A stretch of DNA of 64,000 nt from Octopus vulgaris. Lineage: Eukaryota. Positions 25,233 to 40,280 of this stretch are shown piece after piece; position 1 is the stretch's first letter; each line of letters starts with the position of its first letter. Made by a program: the position numbers and the translations under genes. Location of the stretch: positions 3,038,001 through 3,102,000 of the forward strand of contig OX597823.1 of assembly GCA_951406725.2 (NCBI GenBank), written 5' to 3'. The notes beneath the pieces are model-generated. The model had not been told where the DNA came from. It made no database searches and saw only the letters and a program-made list of their open reading frames with translations.

Positions 25233-25270
<38 letters not shown>

Positions 25271-27034
25271 CTACTACTTATAGTATAGAATTGTGCTTTC
25301 TGTCATTCGAAATTGTCTTCCTTTCCTTCCCCTGCATTTTTAACAACGGACATTTCGGAAAGAGAAACAGAATTTCAAAATTTTCATTTTCACTCCACCC
25401 ATTTTTTTTTTAAAACATTTTCCGATTTTTTCAATGAAATTTTTTGAAATGAAATTTCCCGTTTAAAAATACGACTGTGTTCCTGTCCTAATAGGTCCGA
25501 ATTAACTGGAACCTACTGCGTGTGGGTGTGGCAGGGTATTTAACTCACAAACGTCTCCAATTCTCCCATCTCATACCCCACCAGTGAGCTTCGTTCTGGT
25601 CGCCAAAAGTAACAACCGAATCTCCCTCAAATCCCATCCAACCATTGGTGTCTGCAGTTAAATAACAATAAAATACTGTGGAATATTCGTTAATGGTTTT
25701 GTTGTGAGGTTTGGAGTTGGGGGAGAATGAAAATGTCTTTCTGGAAGTAATTACCAACACAAACAAACAACAGAAGCTTTATTTACTTTATTTACTTTAT
25801 TTACTGCACATGGTTTTTTTTCTTTTTCTGTGTTGGTCTTTGGATGAAAACTTACAGCGACAATTACCCACCGAGAGAGAGAGAGAGAGAGAGAGAGACA
25901 TGCATACTGGGATCTAGGACAATTGAAGTGGTTTACAGCAATCTGTGACTGGCCCCTTCCCCACTGCAACGTAATTGCGCTACTTTCACGACGACAGAAT
26001 CTCTTGTCGTCTGCCATTTGAATGGAGATGTCTAGTGGCTGCTGCCTCACTATTCTGGAGCTGCCACTAAAAACCACCTATATATAGGGTTAAATGGAGG
26101 AAGTCCTACAAAATCGAATCACGCAATGGCTTCACGCTGATTGGTCGGTTAGTAAACAGTGGTCTCGTTGTGGTATCTGTTCGGCTATCAAGCGATTCGG
26201 TTTCGAATCCACTACAGCTTCACTATACAAATAACAAGTTGTCAACCTTCCGAACAGACCCGGAGAAAACGTCTCCTCAATCCACCTTGCCATTGCATTG
26301 ATTCCAGACAGGAACTGGGAAATACTGTGTAAAATTCTGAAGTCCAAAGTTGGATATCATAAGATGGTCTTATATCATCGACAGCCATAATTCCAGTAAG
26401 AATAAAAACATAAGCAGAGAAAAGGGACCAGTTGCACAAAGAAAGAATAAACAGGGAAGAGTCTTGGAATATCTCTCGGCATTTCACGAGAAAAGGGAAT
26501 TGGCAACGAATCGGTTCTTCGTATTTTAATGTTCTTGTTTGTACAATGGGAATTACAATTATGAAAAAAATCTCCCTTTTTTTTTCCAAAATTTCCGTTG
26601 TTTTAAATGTCCCCTAACCACTTAATTCCGGGAACCTTTGCCTTCCCAAGTTTAGGAGCGCCAAATGAGACTGAAACCTTATTGCTACCTGCCACCTGAC
26701 GAAGAACCACACTTGAGAATTCGATTCCACAATCTGACAGGCATTGAGAGAGACATAGCATTATATAACAACTTAGTTTAAACCCTGCACACACACACAC
26801 ACAAACGCACACACGCACAAACGCACACACGCACGGACGCACGCACTTTACTGACACTAGTTGTTTGCAAACAACGAAATACAAAACAACGTGCTTTGGT
26901 GGATGGCAGTAGCCAAGCTATCTAGGTCAGTGTGTTATTCTGACCTAGATCTTATTACATTGTTCATTCAGGTTATCAAATTAAAGAGTGACATGAGGAG
27001 TGTGTGGAAGGGAGAGAGGGGGATGGAAGAGAGC

Positions 27035-27068
<34 letters not shown>

Positions 27069-28126
27069 CCAAACAAATATTCTCATAATGCGAATTTAGC
27101 CCTCAATTATATTTGTTAAAGAAACTCGGCCAGTAACATTCTGTTGTCTTCTTCTTCGCCCACCACTTCACGCTAACACCAACCATCACCACCACCACCA
27201 CCACTATTACCACTACCACCACAACCACCACCATTACCACTACCATCAACACCATCAGCTTTTCGTGACGATCATCATCTTCGTAAGCAAACCCTCGAGC
27301 CACATAGTAAGGTCCCAACCTCAGGGCTGGTGGGGAATCCCTCGGTCACTTTGAAGCTTTGCTCACACGGAAATTTGAAACCACGAACAGAAGCCCGTCA
27401 TGCTAAAATTAGCAGCCAAATCTCTTTCGAATCATACAGAAAACACGGTACGTTTATACAGTGTTGTTCTTGACAAACAAGAGTAAATAGCAGCTTCTGG
27501 AACCCGTTGATAACAAATCTATTCCGGGTGGGCTGAGCTGGGGTAGAACAACAGAACATAAACCTACCCCGATATTCCACCAACTATAGAGTAAGCCTCC
27601 AAGTAATTGTCTCAACATGCAAAAATAGCAGCCAGATCGCCCTCAAATCCTATCGTACCATTGGATGTGTATTGCTGGCTACCCCTATCGAGACATGATA
27701 GGCCTGATTGGAACGTCTTTCAATATAGGTCATAGCTAACTAAGTAGGAGTTAGATAACAACAACAACAACGAGTCAATGGGGGGGGGGGTCTTTACGCC
27801 CTCACTCCCGCCTTTATCCCTCCTCTCCTGCACACGCATCAATCTCATAGTACCTGGTTCCTAGCCGCAACCTAATTTCGCAGGCAATGACCCTTCACAC
27901 TGTGAAGACATTCCAACTTATATGCAAGGGACATAGCTCAGGATGAATTCTGACCTTCTCAAGAAGGTTTTCCGTTCCGGTCTCTCGCAACACACACTAA
28001 TCGGATATGACACTTTCTGAGCTCCGTCGCCATACTTTTCATACCTGCTCCTCTGATCAGCGCCAGTTTGGATTCTCCCCTAACTCGTGTGCGAAACCGA
28101 TTAGTAAAATCAGCGACTGAAATGAA

Positions 28127-28229
<103 letters not shown>

Positions 28230-29131
28230 TGTGTGTGTGTGTGTGAAGGAAAAATAAAGTGGAATTCACGAGATTCTTTATTAATCACTACGATCGTTTC
28301 GACCCATCGTACATCGGTCCTACGTGGGTGAGACGGTGTACAAATAGTTGTCGTGCATCATTTGGTGCAGATAGTAATAGGTAAGTGTGATCTAGGTTCC
28401 AAGTGTAGGAAGTTAATAAGCTTCAAGTATTTATGCGGTTAGTACAGCTCACAAAAAGTGGAAAATATATAATAGAATATGTTCATTAGCATCGTAAGTT
28501 AGAGACTTCTTCTCCCTTTATCGAAATTAAAAGGAATTTTGATAATTTGACAGTCACCATAAAAACTCATAGTTTAGTAACTAAAGCTTCTTAGAATGCA
28601 AATCCAAAACAATGTAAAGAATGGAACCGGTAAAATATGGCCTAAGAACCTTCAAGAACAAAGTGATACTTGGTAGTTGGAGTTTAGTAAGATAACAGAG
28701 TAACCCTTAATAGGATCTCATTTACTCTACATTTGACGTGTCACCTGGAGTGAGCCTTGTTACTGGGTGTCGAAGTTTATTCGGTTAACCCTAAAACCTT
28801 TATATCCACGGACCTTTAAAGCTTTTATATCTGTGATCCATAAGAAGACCTTTTTATATCCACGAACCTTTAAAGCCTTTAAATATGTGGTCCTTTAATC
28901 CGTGATCCTTTATATCTGTGATCCTTTATATGCCCCAACCTATTACTGAAAATTAAACCTCCTTCCACTCTACTCACTCTCGTTGTACTCCAAATCGTTT
29001 CCCTTTATTTTCTTTCATTTCATTTCTCCCCTAAATCGTATCTTATCCTGTCTTGTTTCATTTTATTTCTTCTCAGCTTCCTCCCTACCAATCCGACGAA
29101 CAGCATTACACTATTATCATACAAATACATA

Positions 29132-30740
29132 CAGTGGGGGAAATAAATATTCGTACATGTCAAAATTCTTTATTTATCTAATTTCTTATGAACAGAAATG
29201 GGATATACCAATACTATATTTGTATACACATGCTTAAACTAAAAATATGCAAAAGAAACTTATAAATTATAGTAACTAAAGAATTTATATACAATCATAA
29301 ATATTAAGGGGTGAAAAAAGTATTCGTAAAGAATAAATTTATGATTTTCTATGCCACAAAATACTGTTAGAATAATATTTTTTTACTAAAACTTTCTCAT
29401 TTGTTCCAATAATCTTATCAGTTGTCATTTTTAAGTGTCAAAACGCTAACTTCTTCATTCAGCACTGAGACAACATAAAGTAGTATCGTAATAATGGTGG
29501 AAAGTAAAGAACTCACAAATACAGTGAAAAACTTAATTATTGAACAGTGGCAAGCAGGTAAAAGTTACAGGAAAATATCAGAGACCCTCTGTATTCCATT
29601 TTCTACCATATCTTCATTTATTCAAAGATATAAAAAAAATCAGGAACTGTTGAAAACAGAATATGATCCAGTGCACCATGCAAGATTTCCCCTAGATCTT
29701 TAAGAAAAAGGAAGTGAAGAATCGAAAAAAACGCAATGATCACCAGAAAGGAGTTGCAAGAAGATTTGTTAGCTTCAGAGACTAGTGTTACACTATGAAC
29801 AATCAGCAATGAACTTCATAGGAATGAACTGTCACACTCTCCTAGAAAAACTCCGCTGTTGACTAAAAGGCATAGAGATGCCCGTTTAAAATTTGTTTAT
29901 GAACATAAAGATAAACTGATACATTCTGGGAAAATGTTCTATGGACAGACGACTCGAAAATTGAATTGATTGGAAGAAATTCGCGTAGCCATGTTTGGAG
30001 GAAAGATGGTACTGCCTATTCGGCGAAAAACACAATTCCTACCATAAAGTTTGGAGGTGGCAACATCATGGTGTGGGGGTGTTTCTCTGCAAATGGTACT
30101 GACAATTTACATGTGATAGATGGTAGAATGAATGCAGAGATGTACCAAAATATTTATAACAATAATTTATGGGACTCTGTAGAAAAGCTCCAGCTTTGTG
30201 AAGGGTGGGTTTTAAAACAGGATAACAACCCTAAGAACACGGCAAAGTCTACCAACAAATGGATTGTCGATCACAATATAAAATTATCAGAAAGGCCAAG
30301 CCAGTCACCAGAATTGAACCCCGTTGAAAATTTGTGGCGTTATTTGAAAATTAAAAGTCATTCAAGAGCCCCAACGTGCATTGCAGATTTGAAGAAAATT
30401 TGTCAAGAAGAATGGGAAAAAATTCCTAAAGAAACATGCGAGTCATTGATTAAGAACTACAAGAAGAGATTGGTTGAAGTGGAACTGAATAATGGTTATG
30501 CTACGAAGTATTAAATCAGAATTATCAGTTATTTATGTTCTGTACGAATACTTTTTTCACCCCTAAATATTTATAATTGTATATAAAGTCCTTAGTAACT
30601 ATAATTTATTAGTTTCTTTTGCATGTTCTTAGTTTATGCATGTGTATGCAAATATAGTATTGGTATATCCCATTTATGTTCATTAGAAATTAGATAAATA
30701 AAGAATTTTGACATGTACGAATACTTATTTCCCCCCACTG
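29132..30740 (+). mobile_element. Full-length Tc1 transposon (DD34E), ~200-bp IR-DR-type TIRs, TA TSD
   Basis: TA|CAGTGGGGGAAATAAATATTCGTACATG...CATGTACGAATACTTATTTCCCCCCACTG|TA. Confidence 0.95.
29494..30514 (+). pseudogene. Tc1 transposase, frameshifted
   Basis: HTH N-terminus (GKSYRKIS), WTDDSKIEL, GGGNIMVWGCF, QDN-34 aa-E (SQSPELNPVENLW). Confidence 0.93.
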
Positions 30741-31059
30741 TATATATGAAACAAGAACCAGATTCTGAATGAAGAGAGGCGAGTGCTATAACCCTTACAC
30801 AAAACACAAAACACACCACAAACACTACTTTCTATTGAAAATCATCGTAAGGTTTACTGTGTGACTTGGCTTTGCCAGCTGCGGGGATTAGAGCGTGATT
30901 GTCTCACAATTACGACTTTCGCACAGGTAAAACAACTGGCTAATTAGTAAATATTTAAATATACCATAACAACCACCTATACTTATCTACGACTGGTGAC
31001 TAACAAGGCGGGGTGAATAATAAAAATTATTGTTTTTCATTCCACAATATTCCAGAATA

Positions 31060-31430
31060 CCTATTTCTTTACTGCCCACAACGGGCTAAACACAGAGAGG
31101 ACAAACAAGGACAGACAAACGGATTAAGTCGATTATATGGACCCAAGTGTTTCACTGGAACTTAATTTATCGATCCCGAAGGATGAAAGGCAAAGTCGAC
31201 CTCGGCGGAATGCAATATTCCAGAATAGCATTAAGGCGGCGAGCTGCCAGAATCGTTAGCACACCGGTCCAAATTCTTATGCATTTCGTCCGTTCAGAGT
31301 TCAAATTCCGCCCAGGTCGACTTTGCTTTTCATCGCTTTGGGGTCGACAAAATAGTTACCAGTTGATCACGAGGATCGATCTGATCGACTTGCTCCGAAC
31401 TTGCTGTCCTTGTGCCAAAATTTAAAACCA
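31060..31430. mobile_element. Two SINE family C pieces in opposite orientation
   Basis: GGATGAAAGGCAAAGTCGACCTCGGCGGAA (minus copy) and GGCGGCGAGCTGCCAGAATCGTTAGC...GTTCAAATTCCGCC (plus copy). Confidence 0.75.
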
Positions 31431-31768
31431 ATATTACAGAATAAAATTGTTCAACAATGAAAACATTAAATATATTATTTCACTGATTAAAAATTTGAAA
31501 TGTATTTTTAAGGATGAAAATGTTGATGGAAATAGAAACAAAATTTATTTATCCTAGACTGTTACCCGTCGTATGACGCTAACCTTGGAAGTATACTTTT
31601 ACCATTGTGGGTAATATCAGGAAATACGGTTATACATATTGTTGCGCAGAAAAGAACATCCTGGCGCTTCAACACAACTCTTGTTTCGCCTTTGTTTACT
31701 TCAAGTTATCTCCTACTATTACTTGTAAATACGTGTTATACCTTTTCTCTGCTGAAGAGCGACATAGA

Positions 31769-32285
31769 CATCATCATCATCATCATTGTTCGACCGTGGT
31801 CGAGACAATGGAATTTACCATGCTACGCCAGACCTCACGGTCCATCATGGCATTACGGAGGTCCTGTTGCTGGATGCCTGTATCCCTGGAGATTACATCA
31901 GGGTAGGAGAGTGTGCGCCCTCTGGTATTGCGAGTAGATGGCTTCCAGAGGAGAAGAGTAGAAATTACCTCTTTTTCAGCTCTACAACAATGTCCAGCAA
32001 ACTGGACTCTCCTACCTTTCACAAGAGATGACACAGGTGGTAGTTTCCCATATATTTGCATTTTGGTTGGATGACGCCTCCATGAGAGATTTTGAGCTCT
32101 CATAAGGAGGCGAGTGTAGGTTCCATCCAACCGCATCTCAAGCTTCTTTGATAACGTCCAGGTTTCTGAGCCATATAGTAGAATTGGTCCGACTGTGGCT
32201 TTGAAGATTTCAAGTTTGAAGTCTCTACTTAGATTTGATGACCAGATCTTATGCATGTCATTACAGGCTGACCAGGCCATACCCA
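31769..32285 (-). mobile_element. RTE-clade LINE 3' end with (GAT)n tail
   Basis: AWSACNDMHKIW...ILLYGSETWTL...RVQFAGH...DREVWR, a typical RTE C-terminus. Confidence 0.9.
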
Positions 32286-32493
32286 GCGACATAGACAACC
32301 AGGCAATCAACACGGGAGTTATTTTCTCTGTTCTATTTTCTTGACGACGACGACACAACATCTCTGACCATTTGTATTCTTTGGTGTGTTTGCAAAAAAC
32401 ATGATACAAAAAATACAAAAAAAAAACGTGCTTTAGTGGGTGGCAGTAGTCAAGCTATCTAGGTCAGTATGTTATTCTACACCATATGCCCAC

Positions 32494-32570
32494 GGGCATA
32501 TGGTGTAGAATAATGGTTAAGAGTTTACCCCCAAGACTCCGAGTTCGAATCCAGGCAATGACCTGAATAA
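32494..32570 (+). mobile_element. Short tRNA-like SINE head running into (AAT)n
   Basis: TGGTGTAG...TGGTTAAG and GAGTTCGAATCC boxes. Confidence 0.5.
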
Positions 32571-32581
32571 TAATGATGATG

Positions 32582-32719
<138 letters not shown>

Positions 32720-32736
32720 TGATGATGATGATGATG

Positions 32737-32797
<61 letters not shown>

Positions 32798-32813
32798 TAA
32801 TAATAATATGATG

Positions 32814-33946
<1,133 letters not shown>

Positions 33947-33984
33947 TAATAATAATAATAGTAATAATAATAATAATGATGATG

Positions 33985-34096
<112 letters not shown>

Positions 34097-34112
34097 TAAT
34101 AATAAAAATAAA

Positions 34113-34174
<62 letters not shown>

Positions 34175-34212
34175 TAATAATAATAATAGTAATAATAATA
34201 ATAATGATGATG

Positions 34213-34312
<100 letters not shown>

Positions 34313-34328
34313 TAATAATAAAAATAAA

Positions 34329-34387
<59 letters not shown>

Positions 34388-34392
34388 TAAAA

Positions 34393-34457
<65 letters not shown>

Positions 34458-34495
34458 TAATAATAATAATAGTAATAATAATAATAATGATGATG

Positions 34496-34530
<35 letters not shown>

Positions 34531-34531
34531 C

Positions 34532-34602
<71 letters not shown>

Positions 34603-34605
34603 TAT

Positions 34606-34916
34606 TACAAAGACCTGGAAATAGAGGTAACTAGAATGTGGAATCTGAAAACAGAAACAATTCCTATCATAGTAGGTGCATTAGGCATGATAAAAAAATA
34701 TTCAGACAAATACATAACAAAAACACCAGGACTTACAAACACATATAACATACAGAAAATTGCACTACTGGGCACTGCACACATCCTACGCAGAACACTT
34801 TCCATACAATAACCATCAGAGCATCACAACAAATCACAGCACATACCCAAGGCACACAGAGCTGTGCTCGGTAGTGAAGTGAAAGCACGCTATAAAAATA
34901 AAAATAAAACTACTGA
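34606..34916 (+). mobile_element. R4/Dong-type LINE 3' end, copy 3
   Basis: Near-identical with a shorter 5' end. Confidence 0.9.
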
Positions 34917-34945
34917 ATAATAATAATAATAATAATAAAAATAAA

Positions 34946-35037
<92 letters not shown>

Positions 35038-35080
35038 TAATAATAATAATAGTAATAATAATAATAATGATGATGATAAA

Positions 35081-35150
<70 letters not shown>

Positions 35151-35197
35151 TCGAAAAATACCTTAGGAATGAGAACCCAGGTTCGAAATTTCTCCAA

Positions 35198-35243
35198 GAC
35201 ACCTGATGAAGGCTGGAGTGTATATCAGCCGAAACGTTATGTT
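35198..35243 (+). ncRNA. Minimal type I hammerhead (Penelope pLTR-type)
   Basis: GACAC-CTGATGA-A-GGCTG...CAGCC-GAAA-CG-TT-ATGTT. Confidence 0.7.
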
Positions 35244-35769
35244 AACAACAAACAAGATGAGGACAAATATCTGTCAAATATAAATAATGTAAATAATGTA
35301 CATAATTCCTCATTTCTTAAATATAGAACTGGAGCGTGGTTGACGTCTGCAACTTGACCTACGAACTTCAGGATCAGCCGATGCGTCCGACGTACTAGGA
35401 GAGACAATAGTATCTCACAGCAGAGAATCGACAGTAGTCAATGCCTCAAGTGATTCAGGAACTTTATCAGCCAATTTCAGCAAATTCACAAACTTCAGGA
35501 ATTCCAGAAATAACACAAACCTCGGCTGCTGTAACAATAAAAGTATAAGGAAGTAACTCTTCAACTGACAGCAGGTTGGAAGCTTCAGAAGTTGATCGAA
35601 ATATCATTCTGAAATGCCTCCAAAATTCCTACTCTTACTTCAAAATGTACGGCTCCCAACTATCGGCTTCTACTGCCTTCCACCCAACCTTCATCAACTC
35701 CAAAATTCCATATAAGAACACTCTTGTTGTATGAAAACTCGCAGTATATTTTGCTGAGTATGATGGAAA

Positions 35770-37620
35770 GAGTCAGCAGACTATGATGTCTACTGGTCAT
35801 GCTTCAAGAACCCTGCTAAGAATTCTTGCAGTTCCAAGCAATGCTGATTTTTGTAGGTGTTCTACCTTCACACATGGATCCATCTCAGCTTCTTCAGCCA
35901 TCCAGTTCCAGGCTCTTCTAATTTGGGAATTTTTGAAACTCCTATTTTATTATTTCTGCTGTTATCTTTATGTCTTCTTGGACTTCTATATTTCTTAACC
36001 TATCTTGGATTCCATGCAGCCACTCTGCCTCATCATTATGCTCTACAGGTTGGTCCCAGATCCCTCTCCAGAATGCCTTGCTTTCCTTTGCATCTGGTAC
36101 CATTGTTACATGTATTTGCCCATCATGTTCCTGAAACAATTTCTTCTGTTTTGCCTGAACTGTCATTTTCCTCTTTTCATTTCTTCCCAGTTTTGCTTTG
36201 ATTTCTCCTACTCTTTGTTTCAATTCTTCCAATATCACATCATAACCTTTATCTCTTATTCCATATGTTCTTTCCAGCATTATTCTTACGCTTCTTTCCT
36301 TCTACAATTTCCCCTCTTCTCAATCTATCAACTTGTCCTAAACGTCTTTTGAACTTTGCTTCTCACTAATTCGTCAACGCCAGAATGGTTCTTTACGTTG
36401 TTTGTTCTCTTCTTTTGTATCCAAATCTCTATGATGCAACAATAACTGCAACCCAAGTAATCTTGTTGGTTTCAGTTATATTTCTCGTCTGGAGCAGCCT
36501 AAGGACAGAATCTATCTTTTCAGTTTCAACTTTGAGCTTACGTCGATCAATGTACCTTAGATTGAGGGGTCCTTGATCCTGGTCTTCTCTAATATATCAG
36601 CACAGCATCCTCACTATATCTTGTCAGTCATCATCGTATCCTTGTGCTAGAGCTCTTCCTATTATTTCTGCTTCGTTTATTGAGAATGCATTTACATTTA
36701 CACTTTGTTCTATGTCTTCGCTGCCCTTATTTATTTCTCTGTTCTCGCCGGGAACGTTATCCGTCGAGAAGTATAATTTCTATTTTCTACTTTCCTTTTT
36801 ATCTCTTCAATTTCCATGTCCGTTAACCACCCTTTTGCTCTTATTTCTCTTGCCTGGTCGTCTAACCATTTCTCCTTTGTTTCGAAGAGTCTTATTTCAT
36901 TCCATTTTGCTTTCACACGTTGTCGGAATCCCCTCCGACTGGGTTCACTCCTGATCCAGCATTCTGTTATTGTTCGGTTTGTATCCTTATCCCGCCGTCT
37001 GCTCTGCCTCTGGCTTTCAGTAAAAGCAGTCTCTGGATGACGACCGGGCCTGCGCTGCTCAACCACACTCTTATTTCATACATTCGTTCTCTCACCATTG
37101 ATGTTTGCGTTTTGAGGTTAGCCACCAAGAGGTATTTTTATCGAGACACCATCTCTCGTAAGATAGTCAACCAAGACTGCAGAGCTCTTACTACCACTAA
37201 GTTGGGCCTGTTCCCTTCGCATTTCTCTGTGTTGGGGACCATGATCATAATTCTCACTAGGAGATAGGTGAACGTCAGTTGGTCCCGTATATTCATCCAA
37301 ATATTGCTCCGAAGTTAAGTCCCGACTCGCGGTTCATTCGTCTTCATCTCAGGCATGGAGCCGTTGGACACTGACTGGTTTTCGCCATTGTGACTAAGGA
37401 GTCCTATCTACCCCAGTTTTTAATCAGAGTGTTCCTTCTCCTAGACGGACTGCCAACTAAGGCTCACGAATTTCGTCTTACCGTTTTCGGAATGGCCATT
37501 GACTCTTCTGAGTTTCTCTGTCTTTTGCCGGGTTTTGTTTTTAATCCCACACTGTCGAAAATCCACTTTCCTCACCAAGAAAGCTTAATGGGGTTGGCGG
37601 CTTAGTCGCCGACGACCCGA
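35770..37620 (-). mobile_element. Decayed, internally deleted R4-type LINE (5' UTR, N-terminal domain, extreme C-terminus)
   Basis: TITECWIRSEPSRRGFRQRVKAKWNE...WLTDMEIEEI; FWRGIW; LQKSALLGTARIL near 35800-35860. Confidence 0.75.
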
Positions 37621-37912
37621 CGGTTTCACAACGCCACATGTTAATCGTTCTGGGTAATTATCAATCTGGGTAATTATTTCACGGTTATAATTTCACTATT
37701 ACTACTATAATCCCAATCTTATTATTTCCTAGTCCAATACAATAGTTTCACAATTATTACTATAATTATATTATTACTGTAAGGCGGAAAGGTACTTATA
37801 TTGTCTCCCCTGATTTCTTTAAACAACAAATAATGGCAGATTTATGGCTGTTGGATTAGCTACTGCTGATACTGCGGCGGTAAATAAAGAAGCGGGCTTG
37901 TTATTATTCACA

Positions 37913-38025
37913 GTACTGGGCTTACAAAAGAATAAGTCCCGGGATCGAGTTGCTCGATTAAAGGCGGTGCTCCAGCATGGCTGCAGTCAAATGACTGAAG
38001 CAAGTAAAAGAGTAAAGAGTAAAGA
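37913..38025 (+). mobile_element. SINE family B 3' fragment
   Basis: Tail GGCGGTGCTCCAGCATGG...GAAGCAAGTAAAAGAG. Confidence 0.8.
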
Positions 38026-38149
38026 AAATAAAGGGGAAAAGGGAAAGAATATTCACAGCGACTCTGCTCTTCTCAGTACGTGTGGCCAGTTACCAGTTAA
38101 GACAATCTTTTGCACTTCCGGCATGGATGGTAAGCAAGGAATCATTCTT

Positions 38150-39240
38150 AAATAATTTTCAGTTCCTTTTTGAACATTCCAAGTGATCCTATAATCACTG
38201 GTATTGTAACTGCTTTGAGATTTCACATATTTTCGATTTCGATTAGCAGATCTTTATATTTTCTGAGCTTATCAAATTTTTTTGCCTTGATATTATGATC
38301 TCAGAGTCTACTCATGTCAATCAATAAACATACTTTATTGTTTTGGTCTTTCACAACAATATCTGGTTTATTTGCTTTGATGGTCAGGTCTGTACACACT
38401 GGAAAGTCCCAAAGAATAGTTACATTTTCCCCCTCAGGGTGGTGCTGGTACCATTTGTCAGCAGTTTTGATTTTGTAATGCCGACACATTATCCAACTCT
38501 GTCATGTCTTGATTTGTACTCTACAGGTGCTAAAACCTTACACCCAAAGATTAAGCGGTCCACTGTTTCAATCTCCTTCTTGCAGTATCGGCACTTTGGG
38601 TCTACACCATTTTTCATCACATTGGCTGTGATCTTGAGCAACCAAGATAAAGCCTTCACTTTCTGTCTTAGCTCCATAACCACTGGTGGGTGTGCTTCTG
38701 GTCTACACCAACTTGTTCGCTACGGGTCACATATTTGCCATGCAGAGACTTTTGTTCCCACTTATCGGCCAATTGTTCAAACGCATTTTGCTCTGCTACT
38801 GATATCGCTTTTTTTGCAACTGCACTTGCTGCACTTCCCTCATGCTGTTCAACCTGGCTGTTATGCATGAACTCACTAGCAACTCCTTCGTAACAGAATG
38901 AAGCTTCTTACGTCTCTCAAGTTTTAACATCCAGTCATTGATTGTTTCATGATAATTTGCCAGTCCAATTGTGGTGGTTTTGTAAGAGATTTCAAAATTG
39001 ATCAAGCCTCGACCTCCATGAGTTCTGGGCAGGTAAAGACGATCTGCATCTGCTGTTGGTTATTGCATCTTATTGCAAGTCAGCAGCTCGCGGATTTTCC
39101 TGTCAATCTTCCTTATTTCGCTCATTTTCCAGTTCAACGCAATGAAACTGTAAATAACAACGGGAATTGCGAAGGAATTTAAAGCTAATACCTTGTTGCG
39201 TGCGTTTAACTCGGATTTTAGGACTAGAGTCAATTATCTG
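38150..39240 (-). mobile_element. Decayed R4-type LINE (zinc knuckle plus RLE)
   Basis: LHGKY, CRYCKKEIETVD...C, ILWDFPV, KANKPDIVV...LLIDM. Confidence 0.85.
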
Positions 39241-39320
39241 ACACTTTCTATTCTCTTTATCTACTATTAAATCAGGTCTTCTAACTTCTATTAATCTGTC
39301 AGTCTGAATTTATCATTATT

Positions 39321-39354
<34 letters not shown>

Positions 39355-39419
39355 TTGTTGCTGTTGTTGCTGCTGCTGCTGTTGTTGTTGTTGTTATTAT
39401 CATCATCATCATCATTATT

Positions 39420-40065
39420 ATTATCATTGCCTTTGCACAGCTTCTAACGCTGGAGATGTACTGCGGTGTCAGCTGTTCACTACCAGTGAACTAAGGTAAT
39501 ACCTCTTATTTTTCGAGCACCTTCCGGAGTATTCGAAGAGTTCCAAGCTGTGCTTTTTTCTGCAAGTGCTCCACCCTTATTGCACCCCTATTTGTTCAAC
39601 GTACTTCTCGAGGTTTTTGCTCACTGTTCCAGGGCTCCGACAATTACTGGTACTACTACCACCTTTTTTATCGACCAAAACTGCTTAACTTCCCAAGCTA
39701 ACCTGTCATATCTCTCGACTTTTCTTTCTTCCCTATCGCATACCTTGTTGTCAGCTGGGCATGCTATATCTATGATCCAGCATAGTTTGTTTTCTTTCTC
39801 AATTAAGTCTATATCCGGCTTCCTAATCTCTATCTTATGGTCGTACTGAATCATAAAACCCCATAGGATATTTGCATTTCTATTTTCGACGATGCCTTCA
39901 GGTTTGTGGTCGCACCAATTTTTTGCTTTGTCAAGTCCATACTTGTTGCAAAGTGTCCAATGGAGAAGCCTGGCTATATTGTCGTGGCGTCTCTTATATT
40001 CCTTCTGGGCTAGTAGCCTACATTGGCTGGTAATATGCCATACTGTTTCACCGTTTTGACCCACG
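39420..40065 (-). mobile_element. Decayed R4-type LINE 3' end with (TAA/CAA)n tail
   Basis: ETVWHITSQC...YKRRHD...KPDI...IIDIACP...PVIVGAL. Confidence 0.85.
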
Positions 40066-40280
40066 AGAAGACCAGAGTTCGTGTGTCGCCATCTGACGGA
40101 GGAATGGAATGCTTTCAGATACTAGCTGGAGTACTACAAGGAGATACGCATGCGCCTTACCTGTTTACAATTGTACTGGATTATTCAATATGGCAGGCTA
40201 CGGACGTCAGAGACGAAGATCTTAGTCTTACCATTGACCGGCAAAGATCGTGGAAGGGCATCAGTAGTAACCATCATTGA
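40066..40280 (+). pseudogene. RTE reverse transcriptase fragment
   Basis: FQILAGVLQGDTHAPYLFTIVLDY. Confidence 0.8.

Noticed and set aside
28280-28400. Hammerhead on the minus strand (GAAACGATCGTA)
   Set aside because: Stem III and the cleavage triplet are present, but I could not find a CUGANGA core with a matching stem I
37390-37620. HDV-like ribozyme in the R4 5' UTR
   Set aside because: Expected from the clade, but I could not fold a convincing nested double pseudoknot by eye
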